From: an uncultured Chloroflexia bacterium
GTDB taxonomy: Bacteria; Chloroflexota; Anaerolineae; B4-G1; SLSP01
Direction of reading: 5' to 3'
NCBI GenBank assembly: GCA_963751345.1
Contig: CAVVUS010000037.1
Coordinates: forward strand, 96,001-160,000
Length of the DNA: 64,000 nt
The translations under genes were made by a program, and so were the position numbers. The notes beneath the pieces were generated by a model. That model ran no database searches, was not told where the DNA came from, and worked only from the letters and a program-made list of their open reading frames with translations. Within the stretch, counting starts at the first letter, position 1. Every line of letters begins with the position of its first letter. Positions 47,020 through 59,096 of this stretch are shown piece by piece.

Positions 47020-48643
47020 ATGTGCCGACGATCCTGGCTCTGCATCTTGATCGTGATCGCCGCGCTCGGGAGCGCGGCGTTCTTGCTCCCCGAATCTGCT
47101 CATCCCTCTCGATTCGATCTTGACGCGTGGATGTTTCGCCTCACCGGTGAGGAAAGCCTGCCTGCACAGGTCCGCGGCATGGCGCAGTGGGCCACCGGCT
47201 GGCTGCGTCCGCTCCCCAAGACCGCTCCCGACGTTGCCGTCGCTCACACCGACCTCTCTCCCTTCGGAGTGAACACCGAGCTGGAGCAGGAGGTCGAGCC
47301 GGCGAAGCGCGAGCGCTCGCTCCAGATGATCTCTGACGCAGGGTTCGATTGGATCCGGCAGCCCTTCCCCTGGTACGATATCGAGATCCACGGCAAGGGC
47401 GACTTCGAGGACCGCCGCCACGAGCCTGCCCGCTCGGCCTGGGACAAGTACGACAACATCGTCGATCTGGCCGAACAGCACGACCTGCAGATCATTGCGC
47501 GCCTCGGCGCTCCCCCGGACTGGAGCCGCAGCTGACGGCGTGGCCCGCGGCGCTTTCGGTCCGCCCGATAACCTTCAGGACTTCGCCGACTTCGTCGAGG
47601 CCGTGGTGACGCGCTATCAGGGTCGCATCCGCTTTTACCAGATCTGGAACGAGCCCAACGTCTACCCCGAGTGGGGAACGCAGCCGGTCGACCCGGAGGC
47701 GTATACCGCCCTCCTCTGCGCGGCCTACCACCGCATCAAGGCCGTCGACCCCGATGCGGTGGTGATCAGCGGCGCGATGGCCCAGACCTCTGAGCTCGGC
47801 ACCTGGAGTACCAGCTACGAGGGCAACAACCTGATGGACACCATCTTTCTGCAGCGCATGTACGCCGCCGGCGCCGGTGATTGTTTCGACATCATGGCCG
47901 TCAACGACTATATGCTCTGGTCGGGCCCCACCGATCATCGGATGTCGCAGCGCGAGATCAACTTCTCGCGGCCGATGTGGCTGCGCGACGTGATGGTGGC
48001 CAATGGCGACGCCGGCAAACCCATCTGGATCAGCGAGATGAACAGCAACGCAGCGCCTGAGGAGATCCCCGCACGCTACGGGAGGGTCACCCTGGATCAG
48101 CAGGCACGTTGGGCTCCCCTCGCCTACGATCGCATCCAGCGCGAGTGGCCGTGGGTCGGGGTGACGACCGTGTGGTTTTTCAAGAAGGCGTCCGATGCCG
48201 AGCAGCAGGACCCCTCGTATTACTTCCGCCTGGTCGACCCCGATTTCACGCCGATGCCCGTCTACGACGCGCTCTCGGACTACTCAACACGCTGGAGCCC
48301 ACGCTGTATCAAGGGCACCCACCAGGAAAGCACGTGGCAGTTGGACTACAGCGGGATGTGGGAAGGACGTGGCGTCGCCCGACGCCGTCCTCGGCCACTA
48401 CCGCCGCACGACGGACCCCGACCGCCCAGGTGACGCTGACGTGGGAGGGCCGCGCGCTCGTCCTGGTCCCTGGTCCGGCCAAGGGGACCGTGCGCATCAC
48501 CGACGAACGGGGCAACAGCCGGGAGGTAGAGCTGTCCGGCATCCCCGTGCGGCTTGCTGGCTCCCTGTTCGCTCAAGCCGCACCGGATCACGCTCTCTTG
48601 GGTAGCAGGCGAACTCTCGATCGATGAGCTCGAGGTGCGATAG
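47020..48643 (+). CDS. Secreted clan GH-A glycoside hydrolase (GH39/GH5-like), frameshifted
   Basis: FGVN, WIRQPFPW, QIWNEPN (acid/base), KPIWISEM (nucleophile). Confidence 0.8.
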
Positions 48644-48900
48644 CTAGGATCAGGACAGCCTTGCGGCTATTATTCGGCATTTCGCTCATCGCTAGCGCGC
48701 CCCCGTGCCTAGCGGGCCAGGGAGGATTTGGCCTCCGCGGGCTGCGCGCCACCCCGTGTCAAGCTCCCGGTTTGCGGTATAATAATGCTTCGGAAGCCCC
48801 CATGGTTTCCTTTATATACATGGCGTTGGATGGGCTCCAGGCCGGCCACGGAAATGTGATTGCATAAGACTAGGGGTCGGTCAACCTGGTTCCCGGCGAT

Positions 48901-48990
48901 TGTCATCCTGAGTGGGCGCCCACACAGTGAGCGCGTGAAGTATCTATACCTTGCAGGACTGAGATGCTTCGCCTTCGGCTCAGAATGACA
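48901..48990. repeat. REP-like palindromic element, copy 2 (in the gyrA leader)
   Basis: TGTCATCCTGAG..GAAGTATCT / AGATGCTTCGCCTTCGGCTCAGAATGACA. Confidence 0.75.
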
Positions 48991-49048
48991 TTTGCACCAT
49001 TCAACTTGACTGAATCTGGACCGCTTTCGGTCCGGGAGGCACAGGTTT

Positions 49049-51643
49049 TTGGAAGCTGACTTCTCTGATACAGAGTCCACTCAGACGGACACCAACATCG
49101 GTACGGTAAGGCACGTTGCCATCCAGAAAGAGATGCGCAGCGCGTATCTCGACTACGCCATGAGCGTTATTGCCGCGCGCGCCCTACCCGACGCGCGGGA
49201 CGGCATGAAGCCGGTACAGCGCCGCATCCTTTATGCAATGTATGATATGGGGCTGCGGCCGAACACGGCCCACAAGAAATCCGCTCGCATCGTCGGCGAG
49301 GTCCTGGGAAAGTACCACCCCCACGGTGACAGCGCGGTCTACGAGGCGATGGCCCGGATGGCCCAGGACTTCTCCATGCGCTATATGCTGGTCGACGGGC
49401 AGGGTAACTTCGGCTCGGTCGACGGCGACTCCCCAGCGGCGATGCGATACACCGAGGCCAAGTTGGCCCCGATCTCGATGGAGCTGTTGAGCGACATCGA
49501 CAAGGACACGGTCGACTGGACCGAGAACTTCGACGGCAGCCTCAACGAGCCGACAGTGCTGCCGGTACGCCTCCCCAACCTGCTGATCAACGGCTCCTCC
49601 GGCATCGCCGTCGGGATGGCGACAAACATCCCACCTCACAATTTGGGCGAGATCGTCGATGCCTTGACGCACGTCCTGGACAATTGGGAGCGCCGCGACG
49701 AGATCAGCGTCGAGGACCTGATGGCCTTCGTCAAGGGTCCTGACTTCCCCACCGGGGGCCAGATCCTGGGCAACGCGTCCATCATCAGTGCCTATGCCAC
49801 GGGGCGTGGCAAGGCCATCGTCCGCGCCGTCGCCAACATCGAGGAAATGCGGGGCAGCCGCTTCCGCATCGTCATTACCGAGATCCCCTACCAGCTCAAC
49901 AAGACGGGGTTATTGGAACGCATCGCCAAACTGGTCCGCGACGGCCGGTTGGACGAGATCAGCGACCTGCGAGATGAGTCCGATAAGCGCGGGATGAGCA
50001 TCGTTATCGAGCTGAAACGGGGCACGCAACCCCAGAAGGCTTTGAACCGGCTCTACAAGAACACGCCGCTGCAGTCGACCTTCGGCATTCAGCTCCTCGC
50101 GCTGGTCGATGGCGTCCCACGGATCCTGACCCTCAAGCGGATGCTGCAGATCTTCCTCGACCATCGTATCGAGGTCCTGATCCGCCGCACGCAGTACGAT
50201 CTGAATAAGGCCCAGGAGCGGGCGCATATCCTTGAAGGGCTCCTGATCGCACTCGACCATCTTGACGCGGTGATCCGGACAATCCGCGAATCTCCCGACG
50301 TGGAAATCGCCCGAACGCGGCTGATGGAGCGCTTTGGGCTCAGCGAGCTCCAGGCACAGGCTATCCTCGATATGCAGCTGCGGCGCCTCACCGGGCTCGA
50401 GCGCCAGAAGCTCGAGGACGAATACGCGGAACTGCTCAAGACGATCGCCTACCTGGAAGGGCTCCTCGCGTCGCCGCACCAACAACGGTATGTGATCCGC
50501 AAGGATCTGACCGAGCTGAGGGAGCGCTACGCCGATCCGCGAAGAACCCAGATTCTGCCCTATGCCGATGGATCCTTCAATGAAGAGGATCTCGTCGCCA
50601 AGGAGGATGTCCTGGTCTCGGTCACGCAGCGCGGCTATATCAAGCGCGTGCCGTGGTCGGTCTACAAAGCACAGCACCGCGGCGGGCGGGGCGTGCTCGG
50701 GATGGCGACGAACGATGAAGACGAAATCCGGCTGCTCGTCTCAGCCAATAGTCATGACACCCTGCTGTTCTTCACCGATCGCGGGAAGGTCTACCAGGAA
50801 AAAGTGTACCAGATCCCCGAAGCTGGGCGCACCTCCAAAGGAGCACTGCTCGCGGGCATACTGGCCATCGCTCCCGAGGAACGCGTGACGGCCATCGTCA
50901 ATATCGCTGACTTCGACGATGCGAGGTACGTGATCATGATCACGCGCCAGGCCACCACAAAGCGGGTCGCGCTCAGGGAGTTCGAATCAGTGCGCCCCAG
51001 CGGGCTGATCGCCTTGCGGCTGAATGAGGGTGATGTGCTGGGATGGGCGCGCTTGACGCAGGGCGATGACGAGCTGATCCTGGTCACGGAGCAGGGTCAG
51101 GGAATTCGCTTCAACGAGCAGAATGTCCGCGCTATGGGCAGAACGGCAGCCGGTGTCCGGGCGATGCGTCTGGCCGAAGGTGACCGTGTCGCCGTGGCCG
51201 AGGTCGTCGAGCCCGACGGGAAGTTATTCCTCGCCTCCCAGAAGGGCTACGGTCGCTGTACGGACCTGACCGAGTTCCGCACACAGAACCGAGGCGGTAA
51301 GGGCGTGCGTGCGTACGGGGTGACCGAAACGACCGGGTCGATCATCGATGGACGGATGGTGCAGGATGAGGATGGGATCACGTTGATGTCCGAATCCGGA
51401 CTCATCATACGGACCAAGATCTCCCGCATCCCTGTGATGGGCAGATACAGCCGCGGCGTCCATATTATGGACCTCAAGGAAGGAGATGCCGTGGCCTCGA
51501 TCGCACGGCTCTTCAACGATCAAACGGAGGCCATCGATGAGGATGATGGCGATCTGGGCAATGATGGGAACAACGCCGGGGAGGGATCACACCAGGATAT
51601 TACCTATCCGGATGACGCCGATGCGGACGAATTCGGCGCCTAG
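49049..51643 (+). CDS. gyrA: DNA gyrase subunit A
   Basis: [28 protein letters not shown], GyrA-box QHRGGRG, acidic tail. Confidence 0.97.
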   Translation: MEADFSDTESTQTDTNIGTVRHVAIQKEMRSAYLDYAMSVIAARALPDARDGMKPVQRRILYAMYDMGLRPNTAHKKSARIVGEVLGKYHPHGDSAVYEAMARMAQDFSMRYMLVDGQGNFGSVDGDSPAAMRYTEAKLAPISMELLSDIDKDTVDWTENFDGSLNEPTVLPVRLPNLLINGSSGIAVGMATNIPPHNLGEIVDALTHVLDNWERRDEISVEDLMAFVKGPDFPTGGQILGNASIISAYATGRGKAIVRAVANIEEMRGSRFRIVITEIPYQLNKTGLLERIAKLVRDGRLDEISDLRDESDKRGMSIVIELKRGTQPQKALNRLYKNTPLQSTFGIQLLALVDGVPRILTLKRMLQIFLDHRIEVLIRRTQYDLNKAQERAHILEGLLIALDHLDAVIRTIRESPDVEIARTRLMERFGLSELQAQAILDMQLRRLTGLERQKLEDEYAELLKTIAYLEGLLASPHQQRYVIRKDLTELRERYADPRRTQILPYADGSFNEEDLVAKEDVLVSVTQRGYIKRVPWSVYKAQHRGGRGVLGMATNDEDEIRLLVSANSHDTLLFFTDRGKVYQEKVYQIPEAGRTSKGALLAGILAIAPEERVTAIVNIADFDDARYVIMITRQATTKRVALREFESVRPSGLIALRLNEGDVLGWARLTQGDDELILVTEQGQGIRFNEQNVRAMGRTAAGVRAMRLAEGDRVAVAEVVEPDGKLFLASQKGYGRCTDLTEFRTQNRGGKGVRAYGVTETTGSIIDGRMVQDEDGITLMSESGLIIRTKISRIPVMGRYSRGVHIMDLKEGDAVASIARLFNDQTEAIDEDDGDLGNDGNNAGEGSHQDITYPDDADADEFGA

Positions 51644-51713
51644 CCAGACGACCGCACCACCAGCGAGAGGCGAATGTGGTTGCGGAGCCGGTTGACAGGT
51701 CGAGGGAGTCAAC

Positions 51714-53097
51714 GATGAGACAGAGACCAGGACACAGCGAGTTTCGCACGAGTTCAAATCAGCTCGTCGCGCTGCTCCCGGAGGGGGACGTCGATGTGCT
51801 GGCTGAGACACTCGTTGCCTTTTCCAACGCAGATGGTGGCACCATCTATGTCGGTGTGACCGAGGGCGGCAGGCCCACCGGCGCGGTTTTCCCCGAGGAC
51901 CTCGAGAGCGGGGTGCAAGAGGCCGAGCTCAGATGCCGTCCGCCGGTCCCGGTCAGCTGGGAGCAACTGGAGGCCGGTGGGGCCTTTGTCTTTGTGGGTC
52001 GCGTCCGCCGCAGCCCGACCCTCCACACACTGGATGACGGCCGAGTCCTGGTGCGCACCGGGGCCGAGAACCGTGTGCTCGCCGGCACCCAGCTTCAGCA
52101 GATGGCGATGACTCGTTCCACGGGCGATTACGAGAGCGAACCTGTTCCGGGAGCTCATCGCGACGATCTCGACGATGAGGTACTCCGCGAGTTTGTGGAG
52201 GTCTGGCAGGACCGTCAAGGGCGCCAGTTCACACGCCCCCTTGAGGATTACCTGGTCGAGATGGGGTGGGTGATGCGTGACGGGCAACCCACCGTCAGTG
52301 GGCTGCTGTTGTTCGGCAAGAATCCGACCGCATTCCTGCCGCGATGTGGCGTCACGTTGGTCCGCTTCCAGGGCACGGGGCTACAGAAGGCCGATGGCGG
52401 AGCCGCGTATGGCAGGCGGGTCGAGATGAATGACCCTCTGGCGCGCACGATCAAGCGCAGTTTCGAGATCCTGCAAGAGGAGACTCACACCGGCGCCGTC
52501 GTCCGTGGCTTGAAGCGAGAGGAACAATGGATCTACCCCCTGAAGGCCATCCGCGAAGCCCTGGTGAATGCCGTCGCCCATCGGGACTACAGGTTGCAGG
52601 GCCGGGGCATTGAGATCCGTCTTTTCACGGATCGACTGGAGATCATCAGCCCTGGGGGATTGCCGGGGTTCATCACATTGGACAACATCGTGGAGGAGCA
52701 CTTCTCACGAAACCCTCGCATCGTCAACGGGCTCTTTCAGTGGGGCTACATTGAGGAACTGGGGATGGGCGTTGACCTAATGTACGAAGAGATGGCCACG
52801 ATGGGACATCCTGTACCGACATTCAAGGCGTCCGAAGCCTCGGTCACTGTGATTTTCGAGAGCAAGTTTGACCGTCATCCTCTGCCGGCAGGCGTCGCGG
52901 ACCTCACGATGAACGAACGCCAGACCAAGGCCCTGGCCTACATTAAGCAACATGGGCGCATCCGCAGTCGAGAGTACCAGGAACTCTGTCCCGACGTAAG
53001 TCCCGAGACGCTACGTCTTGATCTGTCGGATCTCGTCGAACGTGGTGTTCTGCTGAAGGTCGGGCAGAAACGTGGCACTTACTACATCTTCAAATAG
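51714..53097 (+). CDS. AlbA_2 (Schlafen-like) + HATPase_c_4 (RecG_C) + wHTH protein
   Basis: LVAFSNADGGTIYVGV, AIREALVNAVAHRDY, ISPGGL, RNPRI, EELGMG; C-terminal HTH. Confidence 0.85.
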
Positions 53098-53711
53098 TCA
53101 CACGCCCAACAACTGCAGCCATCGCGGGTAGCCGTAGGCGTCCGCCGCATCCAGCGTAGGCGCGTTCGGTTGCGCAGGACGTGGCGCGCCACAATGTTCA
53201 AGGTCTCTCTCAGAGTGCTCTCGTCACCCATCCCCTCGAATCCCAGCGTCCACCAGACGTCGCCTTGCGCAAGGACCTCGGTCAGCTCCACGGAGCACTC
53301 TCGGTGTGGAGAGGTGGAACGTGGCACCACAACGAGCTTCCCATCGGGCATAACGGCATAGTTGCGCACCTGCCTGGCCTTCTGTACCGCCACCCAGGCA
53401 TCCAGCGTCTCAAAGATCTCACCGTCGCGGGCGTACGCTGCCAGCCCAAACCCCCACTTCCGCCACAGCTCGATCGTGCCCGAAGCATCATCGGCGAAGG
53501 TTGTCATCACGCCCTGGTCATAGCGCTGCTTGACCTCGATGCGACCCTCGCGGAACTTGATCCCCAGGCCGTCGGTATCCCGCACGATCAGATAGTGATC
53601 GACCCGCGATGGCTGCAGATCCGGCCTCGGCATTTCTGCGGAGAACCACGCGCCCACGCCTTCCGGGGTCGGGCCCGAGAAGAACCACCTGACTTCGGCC
53701 GTAGCCCACAT
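53082..53711 (-). CDS. CYTH-like hypothetical protein
   Basis: EVRWF, GIKFREG..EVKQR, KAR, VELTE, WWTLGFE. Confidence 0.65.
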   Translation of the reverse strand: MWATAEVRWFFSGPTPEGVGAWFSAEMPRPDLQPSRVDHYLIVRDTDGLGIKFREGRIEVKQRYDQGVMTTFADDASGTIELWRKWGFGLAAYARDGEIFETLDAWVAVQKARQVRNYAVMPDGKLVVVPRSTSPHRECSVELTEVLAQGDVWWTLGFEGMGDESTLRETLNIVARHVLRNRTRLRWMRRTPTATRDGCSCWACDYLKM

Positions 53712-53735
53712 TACGCTGTCGCTTTGCCTATGCGC

Positions 53736-54717
53736 CTAACGCTCGTCATCGGGGACGAGGTCGACCAGGGCACCGAATTCGCCCGCGTCGAACCAGTCCT
53801 CGATCAGGTGGAAGGAAATAGAGTACCGTGAGGGGAGTCCCAGCGTGCCCGCGACCAACCCATCGCGGATCGACGTCCGGGTGAACCACCGCGCGTCCTC
53901 AAGCTCGCCGTCGTTTCGTCGGATCTCGGTAGTCGCTGCCTGTGCCGTAAAGCCCACCATCAACGACTGCGGGAACGGCCATGGTTGGGACGAATGATAG
54001 GCGACGCCACGAATCGTGATGCCCGCCTCTTCCCAGATCTCACGCGCGACCGCGGTCTCCAGGCTCTCGCCCGGCTCCACAAAGCCGGCGATGTTGGAGT
54101 ACCGGCCCTTCGGCCATCGTGCTTGCCTGCCCAGGAGACAGCGGTTTCCATCGATGACAAGCACGATAATGGCGGGATCGACGCGCGGAAAGTGAATCTG
54201 CCCGCAATCGGGATTCTGACAGCGCAGCAGATACCCGCTCTCCTCACTTCGCATCGGACTGCCGCAGTGGCCACAGAAGCGGTGCTGCAGGTGCCAGTGC
54301 ATCATCGCCTTGGCCTGGGCCGCCAGGGCTCCCTCTTCCGGATCAAGAAGCAGCGCCGCGCCCCGCAAATCGGCGAATTGGCCGATCCGGCGACCTCCAT
54401 CCGCCTGGGGATCACAGCTATTCCCAATCCCGAGGCCAAAGTAGACGGTATCACCAAGGCGCCCCAGCAACACGGTGTCTATCTCGGAGCTTGGACACTG
54501 GTGTCGCAGGGTTTCTATCTCCTCGAATCTCAGAGTACCTGAGGTGTGCTGAGCCGTCCTCATTCAGCAGGACCTGGTCATGCCAGACCACGACGAACCG
54601 GGTCGCGGCATCGGAAAGGGTTCGCTCCAGCCAGGCGTGGTCCAGCCGCTGCCCGTGTACCCGGTCGATCGTATGGGAGACAAAGGCATTTCTCTGAGCG
54701 CGTACAAATGGATCCAT
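53736..54717 (-). CDS. nudC: NAD(+) diphosphatase (5' frameshifts)
   Basis: FCGHCG..C..C, FPRVDPAII, AGFVEPGESLE..REIWEE, SQPWPFP. Confidence 0.92.
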
Positions 54718-54868
54718 CCTACCTCAACACCTCTAGAGCAGACTCGCGGATTGAACGTCATCGAAGTATACTGGGGGATGTAGCTGGGTCAACGCTCACT
54801 TACACTCTAGACAGAGCCCGCGGGACATACAATAGCCACATCTTGGGAAAGGACTCAGTTGGTTTCCT

Positions 54869-56401
54869 ATGGCCTTCAGACCAGGACACGCGAACCCTCT
54901 GACTGTACTTCTGGCTCTACTGTGCACCTTCCTGACGATTGTGCTTGTCGTGTTGGTCGTCAGGATTGGCGAGTTGGCCTTCGGGATGGCGGTGGTGGAG
55001 GCGCGGGGCTCGGCCCGCATCGTCACGCCGACTCCGCTGCCCACGGCCCCGAGCCTGACACCGACCGAGACTTCAGCGCCCACTGAGACCCCCACCCCAA
55101 CAGCGACACCCACGCAGACTCCGACGTGGACACCCGTGCCTACACGCACGCCGACCCCAACGCCGACACCCTACCCAACGCTCACACCTACGCTGTTGCC
55201 GGTGTTACGGCCAACCGCCGTAGACGTGGGCATCCTCCCGACGCAACCGGTGTCCGCGACCTACCCCATACCGACGGCGGTGCCACGCTATCCCATCTCG
55301 GAGGAAGCGCTGACGGTCGTGCTCTTGGGCAACGACCAGCGTCCGGACTGGGAGCACTGGAATACCGACGCAATCCAGTATGCCGTCATCTATCCGAAGA
55401 TACCTTCGGTCGCCCTGATCTCGATCCCCCGAGACCTCTATGTATACATCCCACAGTTCTATATGAGCCGTGTGAACGTCGCCCACATGTATGGAGAGGT
55501 CAACAACTTCGACGGTGGCGGCTTCGGCCTCCTCAACCAAACCCTGCTCTATAACCTCGGGATCACGGCCGACTACTATGCTATGGTCAACTTCGAGGGC
55601 CTCAAGGGCATCGTTGACACCCTGGGCGGCATCGACGTGCCCGTGCACTGTCACCTCGAGGATTACTGGCCCTACCCGGATGAGAATGGTGAGTTCCACC
55701 GCATCGCCTTGGAGCCGGGCATCCAGAATATGAACGGCGAGCTGGCACTCTGGTACTCGCGTACCAGGAAGACGACCAGCGTTTTCAACAGGGAAGAGCG
55801 TCAGCAACAGGTTCTGGAGGCAATCTGGCGGAAAGCGCGTGAAGGGGGTCTCTTGCAGGCCGTTCCCTCGCTCTACAACCAATACGGCGACATGGTGAAG
55901 ACCGACTTGGGACTAAACCGAATTCTCTCTCTGGCGTTGCTCGCTGCTCAGATCGAGCCGTCGCAGGTGACGATGTACAACATCGGCCGGACAGAGGTTG
56001 TTCCATACGTGACGATCTACGGTGGAAACGTCTACCTGCCTAAATGGGAGGAGATCGCGCCGCTGATCGATCGCGCGATGCTGCCGCCTTCGCCGAGCCG
56101 GGCAGCCCTGGCCTCCGTGAAGGTCGAGATCTGGAACGGGTCGGGCCACGATCAATGGGACCTATTGGCAGCCGACAGCCTCTACCAGAATGGCTTTACC
56201 CCGATCCTCGGAACGACGGATGGACAGGGCTATGCCCAGACGACGATCCAGGTCTTTGGCGAGCATGCAAAGGGCACCGGGGTTACGGCCGTCGAGGAGA
56301 TCTTCGGGGTCGACGAAGCTCACGTCAGCTATCTGGGTGTCGCCAACGGTGACATCAGGGTACGACTGATCCTCGGAGCCGATTACCAGCCGTGCCGGTA
56401 A
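54869..56401 (+). CDS. LCP (LytR-CpsA-Psr) protein with PT-rich linker and LytR_C domain
   Basis: LLGND, ISIPRDLYV, VDTLGGIDV, ALWYSRTR, REERQQQV, VEIWNGSG, ILGAD. Confidence 0.9.
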   Translation: MAFRPGHANPLTVLLALLCTFLTIVLVVLVVRIGELAFGMAVVEARGSARIVTPTPLPTAPSLTPTETSAPTETPTPTATPTQTPTWTPVPTRTPTPTPTPYPTLTPTLLPVLRPTAVDVGILPTQPVSATYPIPTAVPRYPISEEALTVVLLGNDQRPDWEHWNTDAIQYAVIYPKIPSVALISIPRDLYVYIPQFYMSRVNVAHMYGEVNNFDGGGFGLLNQTLLYNLGITADYYAMVNFEGLKGIVDTLGGIDVPVHCHLEDYWPYPDENGEFHRIALEPGIQNMNGELALWYSRTRKTTSVFNREERQQQVLEAIWRKAREGGLLQAVPSLYNQYGDMVKTDLGLNRILSLALLAAQIEPSQVTMYNIGRTEVVPYVTIYGGNVYLPKWEEIAPLIDRAMLPPSPSRAALASVKVEIWNGSGHDQWDLLAADSLYQNGFTPILGTTDGQGYAQTTIQVFGEHAKGTGVTAVEEIFGVDEAHVSYLGVANGDIRVRLILGADYQPCR

Positions 56402-56440
56402 TGCTTCACATCGCGGGGAGATGCGGGAGAGGTATACACT

Positions 56441-57299
56441 TTGATCTTTGAGCACGATGAAACGCCGGAGTTCGTCAACGCGCGCTTGACCGCAGCGCTG
56501 GAGTCACTGGCCGAGCAGGACACGCCGGATAGGCGGTCTGCCTTCTACACGGCCCTCCTCGGCAGCAGCCTGATCTTGCCTGCGCCGGAGGACGGATGCC
56601 CTCGCAGACGAGGAGGCCCTCGCTAACGAGGGTAGCGATCAGAACGCTGAGGATGTCACGTTGGCAGAGGACATCCCTCTCCTCATCTTCGAGAACGACG
56701 CGGGGGAGCCGGTGCTCATCGCCTTCACTGACGAGGACGCTGCGCTCGCGTGGGGCCCCGACAAGACGGGGTTCGTCGCACTCCGCGGGCTGGACCTGCT
56801 CCTGATCGCTATCCAAAATGGGATTGAGGAACTGGTGTTGAATCCCGGAAGTCCGACCTCGCAGCGCATTCCGAGATACGAGTTCGAGACGATCGCCCTT
56901 GGCCGCTCGCGTGACTGCATATCCCCCCCCGAAGGCGAGGCCGAAGGCACACGCCCCTCCGCCCGCGCCGGGATGACGGTGCTCGTTGCACAGCCGGAGG
57001 AGTCCCCGCCTGAGGAATGGCAGGCGACCTTGAGGGAGGTGCTCGCGAGCTATCCCTCCGTGGAGTCGGCCTATTTCTTCCAACTACGCGGGATGCCGGA
57101 CGGGCCGCGTCACGTCATTGGGGTAGCACTCTACGAGGGAATGACTTTCGACGCGCAGGAGCGATTGATGGACACAATGCTCGCCGAGATCGAGGCACTG
57201 CTTCCTGAGGGTTGGACGCTCGACTTCGTCATCCTGGATGATCCCGGCTTTCTCAAGACGGTACAGGATACCGTCGCTCCCCTCTTTGACCGGGGCTAG
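56441..57299 (+). CDS. SseB-family protein with SseB_C domain (frameshift)
   Basis: FYTALLGSSLILP, LIAFTD, LVLNP, VESAYFFQ. Confidence 0.72.
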
Positions 57300-57715
57300 A
57301 CCGGTTGACCGCCATCGCCATCTCGCCGGGCAGGTGGCAGCTCGGGTTCGAGATCGACGATCTCTTGCACCGGCGAGTGTAGGCCATCACTAACGCTACC
57401 GGTACCTCCCGAGGCCTGTAATTCGGCGACGACATCCGGCGGACTGAGCGAGATGAACATCCGCAATCCCAGGAGGATCAGGACGAGATCGTCCACCTGG
57501 CCAATCCCGAGGAAAGCATCAGGCACCAAGTCGAAAGGTACGAGCAGATAGGTGAACACGAAGAGAGGCACCAGTTTGGTGAAAAACGGAACGCGGCTAT
57601 CCCAAAACAGCTTCCACGCCAGCCCGAACTGTGACAGAAACTCCTTCAGCCAACCCAGAAGTTCCCGCTCCTGATTGTGACGCGACTTATCACGCTCGAT
57701 GTTGCCCTGGTTCAT
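57296..57715 (-). CDS. DUF1232/YkvA membrane protein
   Basis: DSRVP..K, YLLVPFDLVPD..GIGQVDD. Confidence 0.85.
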   Translation of the reverse strand: MNQGNIERDKSRHNQERELLGWLKEFLSQFGLAWKLFWDSRVPFFTKLVPLFVFTYLLVPFDLVPDAFLGIGQVDDLVLILLGLRMFISLSPPDVVAELQASGGTGSVSDGLHSPVQEIVDLEPELPPARRDGDGGQPV

Positions 57716-58050
57716 AGTTCCTCCTTCGTCCCGTTACTCGACAGTATTGTACACCGTAGCAGTCCAAACACATATGGCAACCAGCCGGCATGGCCGAGAC
57801 AGAGCCGGCTCACAGAAATGATACGGAATCCGGATGCGGCAAGTTGCACCAGCGGCGCCCTGCCGGCAGTACCGTGCTCTGCAAAGACCGGAATCGCATC
57901 GTGCCGACAGGACTTCCGATTCCGCAAGCATTTTCTCATCGAGGGAGGCGCGTAAGTGTCGATCCGCAAAACGCAATTGGTACGGTTCTGCTCTCCGGCA
58001 CGTTGAAGTGAGACCGGTTCGTGGTAGATTAGGCGTAGGTGAAATAGCAT

Positions 58051-59064
58051 ATGCCTTTCCTTATTGATGGACACAACGTGATTGCGGCGCTCCAGGACAT
58101 CGATCTGGAGGACCCTGACGACGAAGCCAAGCTCGTCATGAAACTCCGCGCCTGGACGGCGCGAATCCGGCATAAGGCGATCGTGATCTTCGATGGCGGG
58201 ATCCCAGGCGGACCATCGCCGACATTGTCCACTGCCGACGTCAGGGTGATTTTCGCCGCGCGCCATCACACAAACGCCGACCGTATCATTGGGGAACGAC
58301 TCAAGCAGCTGCCGGATGCCGGGAACTGGACGGTGGTGTCATCAGATCGCGAGGTTCTGGATGACGCACGTACAGCAGGCGCACGCGTCATAACCGCGAC
58401 CGACTTCGCCGAATCGTTCGAACGATCCGCAGTCGCCGAGAAGGAGAAACCGGAGGCCATCTCGTCGGCGGAGGTGGAGGCTTGGCTGGAGATCTTCCAG
58501 GAGTCGGAGGAGGAACACGCCGAAGTCCCTCCCGCATCCGCTCCGGTGGCGTCCGAAACCGTGGCGCGGAGTGACCGAAAGCCGCAGAAGACCCGGCGCA
58601 AGGTAGCGTCACACTCCAGAACGACGACGCGGACCATCGCCGAGCAAATGGAAGTTGAGCTTCCGCCGGATCCCGAGGCCGGTCAGCCTACAGGCAAACC
58701 CGATTTCCCGACCAGGGTCGAGGTCAACGCGTGGCTCGAGGTCTTTCACGACGACCCCGACAGCACCATACCACCTCCGAACCTACCCAAGCCCAAGAAA
58801 GTAGCGCCCAAGCGTCCGGTGGTCAAGAAGACGGGAGGTCTCTCCGAAGCAGAGGTGGATACGTGGCTCTCCGTCTTCGGCGATGAGGACGACACTGACG
58901 TAGAGGGCAGTGCATCTCCACCGCCGAAAAACGCCGGTGCACACAGGCCAACCTCAAAGCTCGCCAAACATCGCGAGAACCTGGCGCCGCCGGATGACCA
59001 GACGGATCCGCAGCTATCGGAGGATGATCTCGAGTTGTGGCATCGCCTCTTCGGCGATGGTTAG
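58051..59064 (+). CDS. YacP/Rae1-like NYN RNase with a long repeat-bearing tail
   Basis: LIDGHNVI, IVIFDG, NADRII, VVSSDREV. Confidence 0.85.
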   Translation: MPFLIDGHNVIAALQDIDLEDPDDEAKLVMKLRAWTARIRHKAIVIFDGGIPGGPSPTLSTADVRVIFAARHHTNADRIIGERLKQLPDAGNWTVVSSDREVLDDARTAGARVITATDFAESFERSAVAEKEKPEAISSAEVEAWLEIFQESEEEHAEVPPASAPVASETVARSDRKPQKTRRKVASHSRTTTRTIAEQMEVELPPDPEAGQPTGKPDFPTRVEVNAWLEVFHDDPDSTIPPPNLPKPKKVAPKRPVVKKTGGLSEAEVDTWLSVFGDEDDTDVEGSASPPPKNAGAHRPTSKLAKHRENLAPPDDQTDPQLSEDDLELWHRLFGDG

Positions 59065-59096
59065 CCATCTGTTCGATCTCGACCCAAGGAGGAAGT

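Noticed and set aside
55020-55200. ACN-CCN tandem repeats in the LCP gene
   Set aside because: Ordinary Thr-Pro linker coding sequence
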